Position numbers and translations under genes: made by a program. The notes under the pieces were generated by a model, which worked only from the letters and a program-made list of their open reading frames with translations, was not told the origin of the DNA and did no database searches. A stretch of 63,221 nucleotides of DNA, the filler included, from Olpidium bornovanus S191 (lineage: Eukaryota > Fungi > Olpidiomycota): assembly GCA_017911155.1 (NCBI GenBank). It is 23 parts of 23 records of this genome, joined end to end, with 100 filler letters (N's around TTAATTAATTAA, not from the genome) between each part and the next. Parts side by side here need not be neighbours in the genome. Positions count along the whole stretch, not along the records: positions 60,348 to 63,221 come from JAEFCI010005979.1; 22 more parts are not named here. One strand, written 5' to 3'. This document shows positions 60,438 to 63,221 of the stretch, piece after piece; position 1 is the stretch's first letter; each line of letters opens with the position of its first letter.

Positions 60438-63221
60438 ATTATACAAATTATATCCGCTCACGGCGGGGGTATTGTTAAATTCATCGGCGACGCAGTGCTT
60501 TTTTACTGGAAGCTCGAGCTCCCCGAGTCAATGGACGACCCCATGACGGAAGAGGAGTTGGCCGTGGAGAAAGGCGAGATCGTTCTGAAGGCCTGCGACT
60601 GCTGCTTAGAGATGCTCATTAAGTTGGGCCAGTTCAAGATTGACATCCCTGGATGCAACATTCACCTGCTGAAGATCCACCTCGGCATCGGCGCCGGCCA
60701 GATATTTGACGTACACGTCGGCGGGATGCCGGGACGATGGGAGCATTTCATTGCGGGCGATGCCGTCCACCAGCTCGCGAATGTACTGGACATCGCAAAG
60801 GCCGGGGAGCTTGCAGTTTCGCTGCCTGCACTCCGGTGGTTCCAAGAAGTCATCGAGCTCGGCAAGTCAGACGTTGCGTACTACAACAAGCGGTGCATCC
60901 TGCTGCACGGCCTGGAAAAGAGGACGCGGAAAGCATACGGCCGTCTTCACAGTGACAACAGCATGATGGCTTTGTGGGATATTAACGGGCGGACGAGCCC
61001 GTTAGCTCAATACCTGTACAAGATGTACATCAACGAAAATGCCCAGTTCAAGCTGCAGACAGACCTGAACCAAACGGCGCTTTTCAGGTTGAACTCGCGC
61101 TTGAACGATCTCATGGGACTGAACGAGCTCAGGCAGGTCACCACGGTGTTTATCAAAGTTGGCTCGTTGCGGTTTGACTCGAAGGATTCGCTGCTCGAGA
61201 CGCAGGAAGCCATGCAGGCAGTGCAGCGGGCTTTAAAGCGATATCAGGGGTCACTGCGGCAGTTCCACGTTGACGACAAGGGCGCAGTTATTTTGGTTTT
61301 CTTCGGTCTACCGCCACTCGCGCACGAGAGCGACGCATCCTTCGGCATCAAAGCGGGTATGGAGATCTGCGTTGCCTTCAAGCAGATTTTCCCGGATTTC
61401 GCAATCGGCATCACGACCGGCGTCGTTTCGATCGGGGGCGTGGGAAACGCCGTCCGCACAGAATATGCAGTGGTACGTTGCCCGTCCGAGGGTAAAGGGG
61501 CATCGTACCATCCTCCCTAATCTCGTCCGGCCTCCACCCCCTCCTTTTTTGGCCGCGTTGACCAGATGGGCGACTCCCTCAACATGGCTGCCCGGCTGAT
61601 GTGCAACAAGAAAGCGAAGGCCTCACTTCTGTGCGACGAGCGGACCTACCGACTGTGCGAAAAAGAGTTCGTTTTCGAAAGCATCGGCCTCGTCAAAGTC
61701 AAGGGCAAGGACGAGCCGATTCCGGTTTATCGCCCGACCGCTTTCCAGAAAATGGTTAAGGACACCATGGGCAGCTACCCCAACCTCAACAACGAGCTCG
61801 TCGGACGGAAAAAGGAACAGGAAACGATCGACAGCGCCCTTCGAGCGTACGAGGCGGGTAGCAACGTGACCCTTGTCTTGGAAGCTGAGCAGGGTCAAGG
61901 TCTGACGTCACTCGTGAGGTACCTCCGAAGAAAAGCAGCCGACTCAGCCATGCAGCTGAGGTGGGGATACGTCTTCAGTGCACGACTTTCGCCGTGCGCG
62001 AAAGAGGAGCGGGGCCGGCGCTGGTGGGGTGCGGGAAAAGGGGGGGAGGAGGGGAAGTGCGGTGGGGTAGGTCGGTGTCGGGGGGAACACGCCGTCGTGA
62101 GAGCGGAGAAGTGGAGGGAAGGGTCCGGGAGAAAAAACGCGTTTTGGCTATTTGTTTAGGTTTCGGTTCGTTGTCGGATGGCTGATTTATTTAACGTGAC
62201 GCGGCGGGGCGCGCGCCTGACAAATCAAAAATCAAAACACACCCAAAACGCACAAAAAACAAAAACCAAAAAAAAAACCAGTGGAGGGAAGGGCAGCGAG
62301 CTCGAAAAGGACACCGAATTCTTCATCTACCAAGAAGTCGTCACCGATGTTTTCCGCCTGCTCGACAATGCAAACCTCGGCAAGGATGGGAAGACCCAAC
62401 TCAGCAAGGCGGCGCTCGACGCGCGGACAAAGAGTTCGGACAGTCTGTTGGACGCCGAGATCGGGAGCATGGACAGCGGCAGGGGCGAGTCGGCTATGGC
62501 GCCGCGCGGGCTGCACCCGGACAGCCCCACGCAGCCGAAGGCGTCAGAACCGCTTCCTCCCCTCCCGACCCTGCGGCTGCCTTCAGCGCTTGTACAGGAA
62601 ATAAAGATGTACAAGTCTAGGCGGGACCTGGGAAGCGCGGAGGTAGCCCAGGCGGAAGAGAAACAGACGGTCGAGGACCTCCTGCGACGAGGCATATCGC
62701 TGATCGGCGAGCCGGCCTCAAAAATTCGCTGTTTCGAAAGCGTATATCCGCAAGGGTTGGGAATGGACAGCGACATGGTGACCGGATCATCGGGCGTACC
62801 TCCTTCGCCGACTAATGAGGAAGACGCGGCGAGCGCCGCGGCAAAGAAACGGGAATTTATGGAACTCTTCATCAAAATTGTGAATTACGTAACCGACCGC
62901 GCAAAGCTGGTGTTTATTCTGCACGGCCTGCAGTTCATGGAACCGCTGTCCTGGGACCTGACCATGGAGCTGATCGCAAATTGCCCCGGTGCGATGTTCT
63001 GCTTGGCGACTCGACCGGCTCGGCAGTACCCGGCGTTAACTGGGGAGATGTTAAGAATGCTACGGAAACGTCCTTCAACTATGTATGTCACGGTCAGCAG
63101 CATGAGCGAAGAAGAGATTGGGGTTCTGATTCAGCGGCTATGGAAGCGTAGCGTTTTATCTTCCGTTCAACCGAGCATCGTGCGGGCTATCTGGATGCAG
63201 TCGGGGGGTTCGCCCCAGTAC
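60438..63221 (+). CDS. Soluble adenylyl cyclase (ADCY10/sAC)-like: tandem class III cyclase domains plus STAND-like P-loop domain; partial at both ends
   Basis: C1: VKFIGDAVLFYW...LKIHLGIGAG...EHFIAGDAV. C2: ELRQVTTVFI...QFHVDDKGAVILVFFGLPPLAHE...IGITTG...RTEYAV|MGDSLNMAARLM...VKVKGK. Then LVGRKKEQE. The last exon (from about 62280) is open to the window end, with KLVFILHGLQFMEPLSWDL...SGGSPQY; it is absent from the ORF track, presumably because it has no stop inside the window. Confidence 0.9.

Noticed and set aside
1-63221. Gene neighbourhood as a functional cluster (e.g. transcription factors plus repair genes)
   Set aside because: The genes lie on separate contigs joined artificially, so co-occurrence in the window is not evidence of linkage.

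Overview
This is not one locus. It is 23 short eukaryotic contigs (about 1.3-5 kb each) joined by 22 artificial 100-bp linkers (N44-TTAATTAATTAA-N44, stops in all six frames), so adjacency across linkers carries no information. The DNA is GC-rich and intron-containing (GT-AG). Fungal-type genes (RAD7, UBC8, HIS1, auxin-efflux-carrier family) occur with an intraflagellar-transport gene (WDR35/IFT121), which points to a zoosporic, early-diverging fungus; this is my inference, and Olpidium or a chytrid would fit. Recognisable genes, mostly partial: alpha-SNAP, ELP1, mitochondrial GatA, UBC8, tRNA-Asn(GTT), a CPYC glutaredoxin, RAD7 (two halves on different contigs), a BRF2-like TFIIB-family factor, a stop-disrupted HIS1, an auxin-efflux-type transporter, an RNI-like LRR protein, TFIIF-alpha, IFT121, GYP1/TBC1D22, a tandem-BRCT protein and a soluble-adenylyl-cyclase (ADCY10)-like protein. 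Mobile DNA: a degenerate Ty3/gypsy element with a -1 frameshift signal and a second LTR element nested in its RNase H, a Ty1/copia fragment, a probable PIF/Harbinger relic, and a decayed GIY-YIG endonuclease resembling those of giant viruses. Most interesting: an apparent BRF2 orthologue in a fungus, an sAC-like cyclase with both Walker motifs degenerate, the viral-like endonuclease relic, and HIS1 decay. A technical signal also stands out: many contig ends and at least one chimeric junction fall on CATG. All family assignments come from motif recognition by eye; no searches were run.
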